Shown piece by piece: positions 46,849-56,352 of a stretch of 64,000 nucleotides of DNA. Each line of letters starts with the position of its first letter. Within the stretch, counting starts at the first letter, position 1. The translations under genes were made by a program, and so were the position numbers. The notes under the pieces were generated by a model. That model ran no database searches. It worked only from the letters and a program-made list of their open reading frames with translations, and had not been told where the DNA came from. Origin of the DNA: an uncultured Gammaproteobacteria bacterium (GTDB taxonomy: Bacteria; Pseudomonadota; Gammaproteobacteria; Steroidobacterales; Steroidobacteraceae); NCBI GenBank assembly GCA_963714645.1, contig CAVQQX010000085.1, positions 4,972 through 68,971 on the forward strand, read 5' to 3'.

Positions 46849-47609
46849 GACTGGGATTTCCGTGCGTCGACTCGGGCGCGCGCTGCAGCGCCGAATCCGG
46901 CAAACAGCGCGCGCGAAAATGGGTTCTTCATGACCTGCCACTCGGGGTGCCACTGCACGGCGAGTGCGAAACCCGGGGCGGACCCGACCCGGAACGCCTC
47001 CACGAGGCCGTCGGGCGCGCGGGCCTCGACCTGCAGGTCGCGACCGAGCGTCTGGATGCCCTGCGAGTGCAGCGAGTTGACCGTGACGCGGTCGGTACCG
47101 GCCCACCCGTGCAGCAGGCCGCCACGCTCGAGCACGACCTCGTGCGCCGGTCCGTACTGCACTTCGAGCGGCTGTTCCTTGTCCTCGCGGTGGTCGCTCA
47201 AGCCCGGCACGTCCTGGACCTTCTGCCAGAGCGTGCCGCCGAACGCGACGTTCATCTCCTGGAACCCGCGGCAGACGGCGAACACGGGCAGGCCGGCCCC
47301 GATCGCGTGTGGTATCAGAGCGAGCGTAGTCGCGTCGCGATGCGGGTCGTGCAGCGTGTCCGGGTCGCTCGCCGGTCCGGCGTAACGGTGCGGTTCGACG
47401 TTCGAGGGGCTGCCCGTCAGCAGGATGCCGTCCAGCGCGCGCAGCAGCTCGTCGAGGTCGCGCTCGCCCAGCGCCGGAATCAGCAGCGGGATCGCCTCGG
47501 CCGCGTCGGCCACCGCAGCGATGTATTTCTCGCCCACGCAGTGGAACGGGTGCGGTCCGAGGATCCGGCGATCCGCGGGTATGCCGATGAGGGGTTTGCG
47601 GCGCGACAC
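46845..47609 (-). CDS. puuD: gamma-glutamyl-gamma-aminobutyrate hydrolase (peptidase C26, class I amidotransferase)
   Basis: VFAVCRGFQEMNVAFGG and VQWHPE. I prefer GTG 47609 (VSRRKPLIGIPAD, AGGA 8 nt upstream) because codons between 47610 and 47645 are AT-rich rare codons. ATG 47645 is the alternative. Confidence 0.83.
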   Translation of the reverse strand: MSRRKPLIGIPADRRILGPHPFHCVGEKYIAAVADAAEAIPLLIPALGERDLDELLRALDGILLTGSPSNVEPHRYAGPASDPDTLHDPHRDATTLALIPHAIGAGLPVFAVCRGFQEMNVAFGGTLWQKVQDVPGLSDHREDKEQPLEVQYGPAHEVVLERGGLLHGWAGTDRVTVNSLHSQGIQTLGRDLQVEARAPDGLVEAFRVGSAPGFALAVQWHPEWQVMKNPFSRALFAGFGAAARARVDARKSQS

Positions 47610-47709
47610 GTTTAAAATCCTAGACGGCTTCTGCTCGGCCGCCATCGGGGGGTGACGGGGATTAAACCACAGCCACCCCCGCGCAGTCGCCAAGTACTGC
47701 AAAAAATCA

Positions 47710-47725
47710 GGCAAAAATAGGCCCA
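47710..47725 (-). promoter_or_regulatory. weak sigma-54-like -24/-12 element facing puuD
   Basis: The minus strand reads TGGGCCTATTTTTGCC, that is TGG-N9-TTGC with the canonical spacing. Only the core dinucleotides match. Confidence 0.2.
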
Positions 47726-47841
47726 TACAGGGACTTGACTCCGTGGACGTCCGCGGCGGCCCGGCTTGCCGCCCGCGCCTGCCAGCGGCTATCCTGCCGA
47801 CTCCCCGACGGCCGAGCCGTCGCTAAATCCTAAACAATGGG

Positions 47842-49218
47842 GTGATCATGCCGCAGTTCGCGGAGTTCGAGCAGGCGGCCGCCTGGCTCGCGCGGCGGCC
47901 GCAGGTCCGGTTCGTCGACCTGCTGCTCGCCGACCAGATGGGCATCCCCCGGGGGAAGCGCGTCACCGTCGAGGAACTCTCCGCAATCCACGCGGACGGC
48001 CTGCTGCTGCCCGCCTCGATGTTCGCTCTCGACGTGCTCGGCGGTACCATCGAGGCGACGGGACTGGGCTTCGACGAAGGCGACGCCGATCGCGTCTGCC
48101 TGCCGCTCCCCGGGACGCTCGTATCGGTGCCGTGGCTCGGGTCACACGTGGCACAGATGCAGGTCGCGATGTACGAGCACGACCGGACGCCGTTCCACGG
48201 CGATCCTCGGCACGCGCTCGAGCGCGTCGTCGCGCGGTTCGCCGGGCTCGGCCTCACGCCGGTGATGGCCGTCGAGCTCGAGTTCTACCTCGTCGATCGC
48301 GAGCGCACGCCGCAGGGTCACGCACAGCCGCCGCGCCAGCCGCTCACGGGGCGTCGCGAGCACAAGACACAGATCAACTCGATGCAGGAAATGAACGAGT
48401 ACTCGGCCGTGCTGAGTGCGATCGATGCCGCGGCGAGGGAGCAGGAGCTGCCGACGGGCACCGTGCTCGCCGAATACGGCCCCGGCCAGTTCGAGGTCAA
48501 CCTGCACCACGTCGACGACGCGCTGCTCGCCTGCGACCACGCCATCCGCCTGAAGCGCCTGGTCAAGGGCGTCGCCCTGCAGCACGGCATGGAAGCGACG
48601 TTCATGCCGAAGCCCTACCGCGACCAGGCGGGCAGCGGCGCCCACCTGCACGTCAGCGTCGTCGACGCGCAGGGACAGAACGTCTTCGCCGCCGAGGACC
48701 CGGCCGGCAGCGCCCAGCTGCGCCACGCGATCGGCGGGCTCGCGGCGACCGTGAACGACGCGATGGCGATCTGCGCACCGACGGCCAACTCGTACCGGCG
48801 CTTCCGGCCCGAAGCCTACGTGCCGCTGAACCCGAGCTGGTCCGTCAACAATCGCGGCGTGGCGTTCCGCGTCCCGCACGGGCCACCGGCGAGCCGCCGC
48901 GTCGAGCACCGCATCGCGGGCGCCGACGCGAACCCCTACCTGCTCGCGGCGATCGTGCTGGCCGGCATGCACCTCGGGCTCACGTGCAAGCTCGATCCCG
49001 GCCCCGTGCTCGCCGGCAACGCCTATCGCGACGCCACGGCCACGATCCCGCTGTCGTGGCCGGAGGCGCTGGCCGTCTTCGACCGCAGCGAGTTCGCGCG
49101 CGAATACCTGGGTGAACGCTTCGCACGGCTCTACGCGCAGACCCGGCGCGGCGAGATGATGGACTTCAATTCGTACGTGCCGGCGCTCGATTACGACTGG
49201 TACCTGACGACGAGCTGA
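47842..49218 (+). CDS. second glutamine-synthetase-family gamma-glutamylpolyamine synthetase paralog
   Basis: VELEFYLV, GPGQFEVNLHH, KPYRDQAGSGAHLHVS and NNRGVAFRVP. Confidence 0.85.
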   Translation: MIMPQFAEFEQAAAWLARRPQVRFVDLLLADQMGIPRGKRVTVEELSAIHADGLLLPASMFALDVLGGTIEATGLGFDEGDADRVCLPLPGTLVSVPWLGSHVAQMQVAMYEHDRTPFHGDPRHALERVVARFAGLGLTPVMAVELEFYLVDRERTPQGHAQPPRQPLTGRREHKTQINSMQEMNEYSAVLSAIDAAAREQELPTGTVLAEYGPGQFEVNLHHVDDALLACDHAIRLKRLVKGVALQHGMEATFMPKPYRDQAGSGAHLHVSVVDAQGQNVFAAEDPAGSAQLRHAIGGLAATVNDAMAICAPTANSYRRFRPEAYVPLNPSWSVNNRGVAFRVPHGPPASRRVEHRIAGADANPYLLAAIVLAGMHLGLTCKLDPGPVLAGNAYRDATATIPLSWPEALAVFDRSEFAREYLGERFARLYAQTRRGEMMDFNSYVPALDYDWYLTTS

Positions 49219-49235
49219 GCAACACCCGCCCGCGC

Positions 49236-50522
49236 ATGTCACCGGCCCGGCACATCGACTCGTACTACGCGGCAACGGCCAGCACCGCGCCGGACCGCCC
49301 GGTGCTCGCGGCCGACCTGGATGCGGACGTGTGTGTCGTGGGCGGCGGCATCGCCGGTTGCTCGACCGCGCTGCACCTCGCCGAGCGCGGATACAGCGTG
49401 GTCCTGCTCGATGGCCGGCGCGTCGGCTGGGGAGCCTCGGGTCGCAGCGGCGGCCAGGCGATCGTCGGCTACGCATGCAGCCAGGACAAGCTGGTCGCCC
49501 AGGTCGGACGCGAGGACGCACGGCGCATGTTCGACCTCTCGGTCGAAGCCATCGAGCTGCTGCGCACCCTGGTCGTGCGGCACGGGATCGACTGCGACCT
49601 GCAGTGGGGGCACCTGCACACGGCCATCAAGCCCCGGCACGTGGCCGAGTTGAGCGCTTACCGGGACGAACTCGAACGCGACTACGGCTATGCAGGCACT
49701 CGCTGGCTCGACAAGACGGAGCTGCAGCAGGTGCTCGCCACGGAGCGTTACCTCGGCGGGCTGCGCGACGACCGCAGCGGCCACCTGCATCCGCTCAACT
49801 ACACGCTCGGCATCGCCGCCGCCGCCGAACGTGCCGGCGCGCGGATATTCGAGCAGGCGGAGGTCGTGGGGCTCGAGCACGGCCCCAGCGTGCGCGTGCG
49901 TACCGCAGGCGGGGCCTCGGTGCGGGCGCGGCACGTCGCGCTCTGCTGCAACGCCTTCATCGACGACCGCCTCTCGCGCAAGCTGCGCGAGCGCATCATG
50001 CCGGTCGGCACCTACATCATCGCGACGGAGTCGCTCGGCCAGGCGCGCATCGAATCACTGCTGCGCGAGAATCTCGCCGTGTCCGACGTGAACTTCGTGC
50101 TCGACTACTTCCGCCGCTCGGCCGACCACCGGCTGCTGTTCGGGGGTCGCGTCAGCTACTCGGGACGCGACGCCCGCAACACGGCGAACGCCACCCGACT
50201 GCGCATGCTGAACGTGTTCCCGTCGCTCGCCGATGCCAGGGTCGAGTTCGCGTGGGGCGGGCACGTCGACATCACGATGAGCCGCGCGCCCGACTTCGGG
50301 CGGCTGGCGCCCAACGTGTACTACCTGCAGGGGTTCTCGGGCCACGGCATCGCGCTCACCGGCATCGCCGGCCAGCTCGTCGCCGAGACGATCGCCGGCC
50401 AGGCCGAGCGCTTCGACCTGTTCACGAAGTTGAAGCACCACAAGTTCCCGGGCGGCCGGGCGCTGCGGATGCCGGCGCTGGTGCTCGCGATGCTGTGGTT
50501 CCGGCTGAAGGACCTGCTGTAG
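49236..50522 (+). CDS. puuB: FAD-dependent oxidoreductase, gamma-glutamylputrescine oxidase-like
   Basis: Dinucleotide fold VCVVGGGIAGCSTALHLAERG. DAO-family body. Context. Confidence 0.8.
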   Translation: MSPARHIDSYYAATASTAPDRPVLAADLDADVCVVGGGIAGCSTALHLAERGYSVVLLDGRRVGWGASGRSGGQAIVGYACSQDKLVAQVGREDARRMFDLSVEAIELLRTLVVRHGIDCDLQWGHLHTAIKPRHVAELSAYRDELERDYGYAGTRWLDKTELQQVLATERYLGGLRDDRSGHLHPLNYTLGIAAAAERAGARIFEQAEVVGLEHGPSVRVRTAGGASVRARHVALCCNAFIDDRLSRKLRERIMPVGTYIIATESLGQARIESLLRENLAVSDVNFVLDYFRRSADHRLLFGGRVSYSGRDARNTANATRLRMLNVFPSLADARVEFAWGGHVDITMSRAPDFGRLAPNVYYLQGFSGHGIALTGIAGQLVAETIAGQAERFDLFTKLKHHKFPGGRALRMPALVLAMLWFRLKDLL

Positions 50523-50788
50523 CCGACCCGCGTCCCGAGCGCTTCCCGTCGAGCTCCCGCACGGCCCGGTCCAGCCACTCGAGGGCCTTGTCGGCCTCGC
50601 CGAGACGCGCAAGGTCCACATCGAGCGCTGCCTGACGACGTCCGGCCAATGAAAAGCATCGGCCGCGAACCCAATGACCTGCAGCAGTGCCCAGGAGCCG
50701 GCGGCGCATGCGAGGCCTCACTGCACCACCTTGCGACGGCGCAGTCCCTCGCGGGCACCTTCGTCGGCACGCCCTTGCGGGGCGTCGG

Positions 50789-51151
50789 TCAAGCATCGAC
50801 CCCGTCGTAACTCGCGCCGCTCGTGCACGTCTCGTGCACGACCACGCGCGCGAGGGCGGGCAGGGCCGGCTCGAGTTCGCGCCAGATCCAACGCGCCAGG
50901 TTCTCGCTGGTGGGATTCTCGAGGCCCGGCACGTCGTTGAGGTAGCGATGGTCGAGCAGTTCGTGCAGCGGTGCGAAAGCCTGCTTGATCTCGGCGAAAT
51001 CCATCACCCAGCCGAGGCGAGGATCGACGGGACCGGCGACGTGCAGCTCGACGCGGAACGAGTGGCCGTGAACACGCGCGCACTTGTGCCCGGCGGGCAC
51101 GTTCGGCAACCTGTGCGCGCTCTCGAGCGTGAAAGACTTGAAGACGTGCAT
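50789..51151 (-). CDS. queD: 6-carboxy-5,6,7,8-tetrahydropterin synthase
   Basis: [17 protein letters not shown] and [11 protein letters not shown]. 120 aa. Confidence 0.9.
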   Translation of the reverse strand: MHVFKSFTLESAHRLPNVPAGHKCARVHGHSFRVELHVAGPVDPRLGWVMDFAEIKQAFAPLHELLDHRYLNDVPGLENPTSENLARWIWRELEPALPALARVVVHETCTSGASYDGVDA

Positions 51152-51175
51152 GCAGCCGTGCGGCCCCGCGCCCGA

Positions 51176-51664
51176 TCAGTGCTCGCGATCCTCGCGACGC
51201 TTGTCCTCGCGCTCCAGGCAGTCGAGGATGAAGACGCGGCGGAAATCGCCGCTCAGGTTGCGCTCGTTGGCCTTGCGGTAGCAGCTGCGATCGTCGGCAT
51301 AGCGCCGGTCGTCGTACTTGTGGCGCTCGCCGCGATCCACGCACCACTCCACCCACTCCCTGCGTGCCTGCCCCTTCATGTTGCGCTGGTTCGCGCGGTG
51401 GTTGCACGCGGAGACGGCCTGGCCGTGGTTCTTGAGCTGGTCTTCGCGGTATCCGTCGAACTCGTGCAACTTGCGACCGTCGCGGTCGTCGCGGTCACGG
51501 TCGTCGCGCTCCATGGCGCGAGCCGCCCGGGAGTCCGGGGACATGCCTCCGGGCAGGTTCGCATCCTTGCCCTTGTCCGACGGCGGGTCGGCGAGTGCGG
51601 CCGGGGCGAGCGCCACCGCCACGACCAGCGCGGCCACGGCCTGCCGCATGAATTTCGTCTTCAT
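51176..51664 (-). CDS. exported, highly charged (R/D/E-rich) four-cysteine protein of unknown function
   Basis: ATG 51664 is preceded by AGGAGG. Signal peptide AVAALVVAVALAPAALA. The mature part carries RDDRDRDDRDGRK-type tracts and four Cys. Confidence 0.6.
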   Translation of the reverse strand: MKTKFMRQAVAALVVAVALAPAALADPPSDKGKDANLPGGMSPDSRAARAMERDDRDRDDRDGRKLHEFDGYREDQLKNHGQAVSACNHRANQRNMKGQARREWVEWCVDRGERHKYDDRRYADDRSCYRKANERNLSGDFRRVFILDCLEREDKRREDREH

Positions 51665-51705
51665 GGATCGTCCTCCTGACTGAATGCCCGCAGTATCGCA
51701 GGCCG

Positions 51706-53958
51706 TCACGGGGTCGCAAGCCCCGCGGCACGTGGCTGCAGCACGAAGCAGGCGTGGATCCGCTCGTTGCGGGCGAAATCTTCGGGGATCGTCGCGCGTG
51801 TGACGTCCTCTACGTCGAACTGCGCGGAGACCGCCGGATCGAGGCGGAATCGCTGGTAGTTGTTCGAGAAGACGATGATGCCTCGCGGCGCCAGCAGCCG
51901 GGACGTCGTCTCGAGCAGCCACGCATGGTCCCGCTGCACGTCGAACTCGCGCTGCATGCGCTTCGAGCGCGAGTGCGTCGGCGGATCCACGAATACCAGG
52001 TCGTAGCGGGGCGCTGCCGACGACGACGCCTGCGCCTCGAGCCACGCGAGGCAGTCGGCCTGGACGAATTCGTGCTGCGGCGCGCGCAGCCCGTTCAGGT
52101 CCATGTTGCGGATCGCCCAGTCGAGATAGGTGCGCGAGAGGTCCACGGTCGTGGAAGCGATCGCGCCGCCGCCCGCCGCATGGACGGTGGCCGTCGCCGT
52201 GTAGCCGAACAGGTTGAGAAAGCGTGCACCCCGTGCCATTTCGCCGATCCGCGCACGCGTCAACCGATGGTCGAGGAAGAGGCCCGTGTCGAGGTAGTCG
52301 CTGAAATTGACCCAGAATCGGTAGGGCCCTTCGCGCACGGCGTGGAACGCACCGCCGGCATCGACCTTTTCGTACTGTTCCCCCGCTTTCTGCCGGCGTC
52401 GCACACGCAGGAACAGCCGCTCGGGTGGCAGGTCGAGGATCGTGGGGATCGTGGACAGGGCTTCGTCACGACGTGCCCGCGCCGCCTCTGGCGCCACCGT
52501 GTCCGGCGCCGCGTACTCCTGCACGTAGACCCAGCGCTGGTCGTTGCCGTAGACGTCGACGGCGAACGCGTATTCGGGCATGTCCGCGTCGTAGACCCGG
52601 AAGCACGCGATGTCCTCGCGCCGCGCCCAGCGCTCGAGCCGGTCGAGGTTCTTGCGCAGCCGGTTGCCGAACATCGTCGCCCCCGGACGCGTGCGCGCCA
52701 CCTCGAGACGCGCCGCTCGCACCTGTTCCGGGTCCGGCTCGATCGCGGACTCGTCGAGATGGATCCGCAGCAGCCGGCACTCGATCGGGCCGTTGAAGAA
52801 CGTGTGCGTCCGATATGCGCGCAGGCGCAGCGCCCGGCCGAGCGCAGGCTCGCCCGTGAACACGGCCGCTTCCCATCCGGGAAAGCAGCGCAGCAGCTTC
52901 TCGCCGAGCAATCCGTAGAGCGCCTCGATCTTCCCCGGGTCGCCGATGCGCACGCCGTAGGGCGGATTCGTGAGCACGAGACCGTGCGGCGCGCCGGTCG
53001 CGGGCAGGTTCGAGAGGTCGCGACGCTCGAACACGAGGTGGTTGCCGAGACCCGCGTAGTTCGAGTTCGCGAGCGCGGCGCGGATCGCGGACTGGTCGCG
53101 ATCGCTGCCGCGGCAGCGACCCGCGGACAGCGCGTCGAGATCGCGTTCCGACTCGGCAGCGGCACGCAGCGCCGCCCACGCCGGCGCATCGTGCCCGAGC
53201 CAGCGCTCGAAACCGAAGCGCTTGCGCAGCAGCCCCGGTGCGATGCATGCCGCGATCATCGCGGCCTCGATCACCAGTGTTCCTGACCCGCACATCGGGT
53301 CGTGGAACGCCCCGCCGGCGGCTGCGATCGCGGGCCAGCCCGCACGCAGCAGCAACGCGGCCGCGAGGTTTTCCTTGAGCGGGGCCTCGACGCCCGACTG
53401 CCGGTAGCCGCGCCGATGCAGGGGGCCGCCCCCGAGGTCGATGCCGATCGTGGCGTGCTCGCCTGCGAAACGCAGGCTCACGCGCAGGTCCGGCGACTCG
53501 AGGTCGACCGACGGCCGGCTGCCGGCCACGTCGCGCATCCGGTCGACGATCGCATCCTTGGCGCGCAGGGCGGCGAACTGCGTGTGCCGCAACCAGCGCG
53601 GCGGCTCCCCGACGACGTCGACCGCGAGACTGCCGTCGGCGGCGACGTGGCTTTCCCATGCGAACTCGAGCAGTCCGCGGTACATGACGTCGGGATCGTG
53701 GGCGGGAACCTCCCCGAGCCTCAGCACGACGCGGCTCGCCGTGCGCGACCGGAGGCAGGCAGCGTACCCGTCGCGCAACGGGCCCGTGAACGACACTCCC
53801 GCGCCGTGCTCGCGGTCGACCGCGATCCCGGCCTCCCGCAGCTCCGCGGCCAGCAGGTCGCTCACGTTGCGCGGGCATGCCGCGAAAAACGTGCGAGCCG
53901 TGCCGGCAGGCGTCGCCAGGGCAGCGGCGCCCGCCGTCTCCCCGGCGACGACGTTCAT
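51706..53958 (-). CDS. rlmL: bifunctional 23S rRNA (guanine-N2/N7) methyltransferase RlmKL
   Basis: THUMP plus two methyltransferase modules (DPMCGSGTLVIEAA, LTNPPYG, VFVDPPT). ATGA overlap with the upstream gene. Confidence 0.9.
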   Translation of the reverse strand: MNVVAGETAGAAALATPAGTARTFFAACPRNVSDLLAAELREAGIAVDREHGAGVSFTGPLRDGYAACLRSRTASRVVLRLGEVPAHDPDVMYRGLLEFAWESHVAADGSLAVDVVGEPPRWLRHTQFAALRAKDAIVDRMRDVAGSRPSVDLESPDLRVSLRFAGEHATIGIDLGGGPLHRRGYRQSGVEAPLKENLAAALLLRAGWPAIAAAGGAFHDPMCGSGTLVIEAAMIAACIAPGLLRKRFGFERWLGHDAPAWAALRAAAESERDLDALSAGRCRGSDRDQSAIRAALANSNYAGLGNHLVFERRDLSNLPATGAPHGLVLTNPPYGVRIGDPGKIEALYGLLGEKLLRCFPGWEAAVFTGEPALGRALRLRAYRTHTFFNGPIECRLLRIHLDESAIEPDPEQVRAARLEVARTRPGATMFGNRLRKNLDRLERWARREDIACFRVYDADMPEYAFAVDVYGNDQRWVYVQEYAAPDTVAPEAARARRDEALSTIPTILDLPPERLFLRVRRRQKAGEQYEKVDAGGAFHAVREGPYRFWVNFSDYLDTGLFLDHRLTRARIGEMARGARFLNLFGYTATATVHAAGGGAIASTTVDLSRTYLDWAIRNMDLNGLRAPQHEFVQADCLAWLEAQASSSAAPRYDLVFVDPPTHSRSKRMQREFDVQRDHAWLLETTSRLLAPRGIIVFSNNYQRFRLDPAVSAQFDVEDVTRATIPEDFARNERIHACFVLQPRAAGLATP

Positions 53959-55412
53959 GGCTCCTCGTGCCGCGGCAGCAGCGGAATCTGCACGAGGTCG
54001 CGGGGGCGGACATCGCGCAGCGCACGGCCGATGATCCGGTAGCTGTCCGCATCGCAGGCGACGCTCGACGGCTGGCGCAGGACGTCCGCGATAGCGCGCT
54101 CGTCACGTACCGTCCCGACGTGGCGCCAGCGGTCGATCACGTGCATGCAGCTGCCGCGGCCCCCGGGCACGGGCTCACGGATCCCGACGGCACCGGCGAA
54201 CGGCCACGGCCTCACGCGCAGGCTTGCCAGGGCGAGCTGGACGCGCGCGTCGTGCAGCGCACGGGGCTCGAGTCCGGCGCAGGTGCCACGGCACTTGCGA
54301 ACCTGAAACCCGAAGCAGCTGCCCCCGCCCGCTTCGAGCCCGAGCGCCTTCAGGCACAGCTGCGCCTCGCGTGCCTTTCCCTCGAGCGCGCGCCACGCGT
54401 CCTTCTCGGCGCGAAACGGTCCGAACACGGCCGCCTCGGGGTCGAACGCCCCGGGGTCGAGCGGCACTACGCGCGGCACGAGGCCGCTCCCGTCGTGGTC
54501 GAGCCGAATCACGCAATCGCCGGCACCACCACCCAGGCGGCGATTGCCCGGCGGGGCGAGTTCACGGACGAGTCGCGATTCGAGCAGCAGCGCACCGAGT
54601 TCGCCGCCCGTCTCCACCCATTCGATCCGGCGCACGTCGCGGGCGAGCTTCGCAGGCTGCTTCGGGCCGTGCGCAGGGGCGAAGTGGTCGAATACGCGGC
54701 TGCGGATGTTGCGGCCCCTGCCGACGTAGAGCGGCGCGTCGCCTTCGCCGCGGAACAGGTAGACGCCCGGTCCCTCGGGCAGGTCGTCGGCGAGCTCGGG
54801 CGGCAGCTGCGGCGGCAGCCGCCGCTCGCGCAGCGCCTCGACCACGGCCGCCTGCAGCATCTCCGTCCCGAGTTCGCGCTCCATCGCGGCGAGCAGCGCG
54901 GGCAACACCTGCGCGTCGCCGAGGGCGCGGTGACGCGCGCTGCAGGCGAGCCCGAAGCGGTCGATCAGCGTGTCGAGGTTGTGGCGGGGCTGCTGCGCGT
55001 AGAGCGCACGCGAGAGCCGGACCGTGCAGAGCACGGGCGCCGAGAATCGCAGGCCGAGCCGCCGGAACTCCGTGCGCACGAAGCCGTAGTCGAAGCGCGC
55101 GTTGTGCGCGACGAACAGGCGGCCTGCGAGGCGCGTGCGCACCTCGTCGAGCACGTCCTCGAAGCGCGGCGCGTCCGCCACCATCCCGTCGTGGATCCCG
55201 GTGAACGCGGCGATCGACGGCGGAATGCGCAGGCCCGGATTGACCAGCGTGCTCCACTGCTCGACGACCTCGCCGTCCTCGAGCCGCACGATCCCCACCT
55301 CGATGATGCGATGGTGGGCGGCCTGTCCGCCGGTCGTCTCGAGGTCGACGCACGCCACCGGCCCGCGCAGCGATTGCGCGCGCAGGGCATCCGGCAGCGG
55401 CACTTCCGTCAT
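53955..55412 (-). CDS. DEDDh 3'-5' exonuclease (epsilon-like) fused to GIY-YIG nuclease domain (Cho-like)
   Basis: ATG 55412 lies inside ORF 53955..55874. The three exonuclease motifs (Exo I, II and III) are VDLETTG, AHNARFD and HRALGDA. The GIY-YIG segment reads GVYLFRGEGDAPLYVGRGRNIRSRV...E. Confidence 0.85.
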   Translation of the reverse strand: MTEVPLPDALRAQSLRGPVACVDLETTGGQAAHHRIIEVGIVRLEDGEVVEQWSTLVNPGLRIPPSIAAFTGIHDGMVADAPRFEDVLDEVRTRLAGRLFVAHNARFDYGFVRTEFRRLGLRFSAPVLCTVRLSRALYAQQPRHNLDTLIDRFGLACSARHRALGDAQVLPALLAAMERELGTEMLQAAVVEALRERRLPPQLPPELADDLPEGPGVYLFRGEGDAPLYVGRGRNIRSRVFDHFAPAHGPKQPAKLARDVRRIEWVETGGELGALLLESRLVRELAPPGNRRLGGGAGDCVIRLDHDGSGLVPRVVPLDPGAFDPEAAVFGPFRAEKDAWRALEGKAREAQLCLKALGLEAGGGSCFGFQVRKCRGTCAGLEPRALHDARVQLALASLRVRPWPFAGAVGIREPVPGGRGSCMHVIDRWRHVGTVRDERAIADVLRQPSSVACDADSYRIIGRALRDVRPRDLVQIPLLPRHEEP

Positions 55413-55417
55413 CGCGT

Positions 55418-56290
55418 TCAGGCGTCGGTGCGCCCGTCGAGCGTGAAGATCGGGCCGTAGAGTTCGGGCCGACGGTCGCGGAACACGCCCCACGCGTGCC
55501 GCTGGTTCCGGAGCCGGTCGAGGTCGAACGTGGCCGTGAGCACGGTCTCGGTCGCGCGGTCTGCCTCGACCACCTTGGCGCCCGTGCCGTCCGCGATGAA
55601 CGACGAACCGTAGAACGTCATCTCGTACTTCTCGCCGCGCTCGACGCCGATGCGGTTGGAGGCGACCAACGGCATCACGTTCGCGGCCGCGTGCCCCTGC
55701 ATGCAGCGCTGCCAGTGATCGCGCGAATCGATCGACGGGTCGTGCGGCTCGGACCCGATCGCCGTCGGATAGAACAGGATCTCGGCACCGAGCAGCGCCA
55801 TGCAGCGCGCAGCCTCGGGAAACCACTGGTCCCAGCAGATGCCGACGCCGAGCGTGCCGAACCGCGTGCGCCACACCTTGAAGCCGGTGTCGCCGGGCGA
55901 GAAGTAGAACTTCTCGTGGTAGCCCGGGCCTTCGGGGATGTGCGACTTGCGGTAGACGCCGAGTGCAGAGCCGTCCGCGTCGACCATCACCAGCGAGTTG
56001 TAGTACGCGTTGTTGGCGCGCTCGAAGACGCTCACCGGCAGGACCACCCCGAGCTCGCGCGCGAGTGCCTGGAAACGCCGGACGAGGGCGTTGTCCGGCA
56101 GCGGATGCGCCGTCTCGAAATGCTTCGCGAGTTGGTCCTTGCAGAAATACGGGCCCTCGAACAGCTCCTGCAACAGCACCACGTTGGCGCCGCGCGCAGC
56201 GGCCTCGCGCACGAGGGCCTCGGCCTTGTCGAGGTTCTCGGCCGGGTCCGGCGTGCAGGCGAACTGGGTGGCGGCGACGGTCACGAGCAT
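55418..56290 (-). CDS. aguB: N-carbamoylputrescine amidase
   Basis: Nitrilase superfamily. QELFEGPYFC, YRKSHIP and ICWDQWFPE. Length and ends are typical of AguB. Confidence 0.9.
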   Translation of the reverse strand: MLVTVAATQFACTPDPAENLDKAEALVREAAARGANVVLLQELFEGPYFCKDQLAKHFETAHPLPDNALVRRFQALARELGVVLPVSVFERANNAYYNSLVMVDADGSALGVYRKSHIPEGPGYHEKFYFSPGDTGFKVWRTRFGTLGVGICWDQWFPEAARCMALLGAEILFYPTAIGSEPHDPSIDSRDHWQRCMQGHAAANVMPLVASNRIGVERGEKYEMTFYGSSFIADGTGAKVVEADRATETVLTATFDLDRLRNQRHAWGVFRDRRPELYGPIFTLDGRTDA

Positions 56291-56352
56291 CGCGATCTCC
56301 GGCGGGCGACGGGCAGGTCGGGGAGTCTAGCGAACGACGGTACCGGCACCAA

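Noticed and set aside
50422-50796. Minus-strand ORF with a TPR-like snippet (DVDLARLGEADKALEWLDRAVRELDG) in the puuB-queD spacer.
   Set aside because: Only about 30 residues look protein-like. The ORF overlaps the puuB 3' end by 100 nt and has no RBS or credible start. It may be a decayed fragment, but the evidence is too thin to call it.
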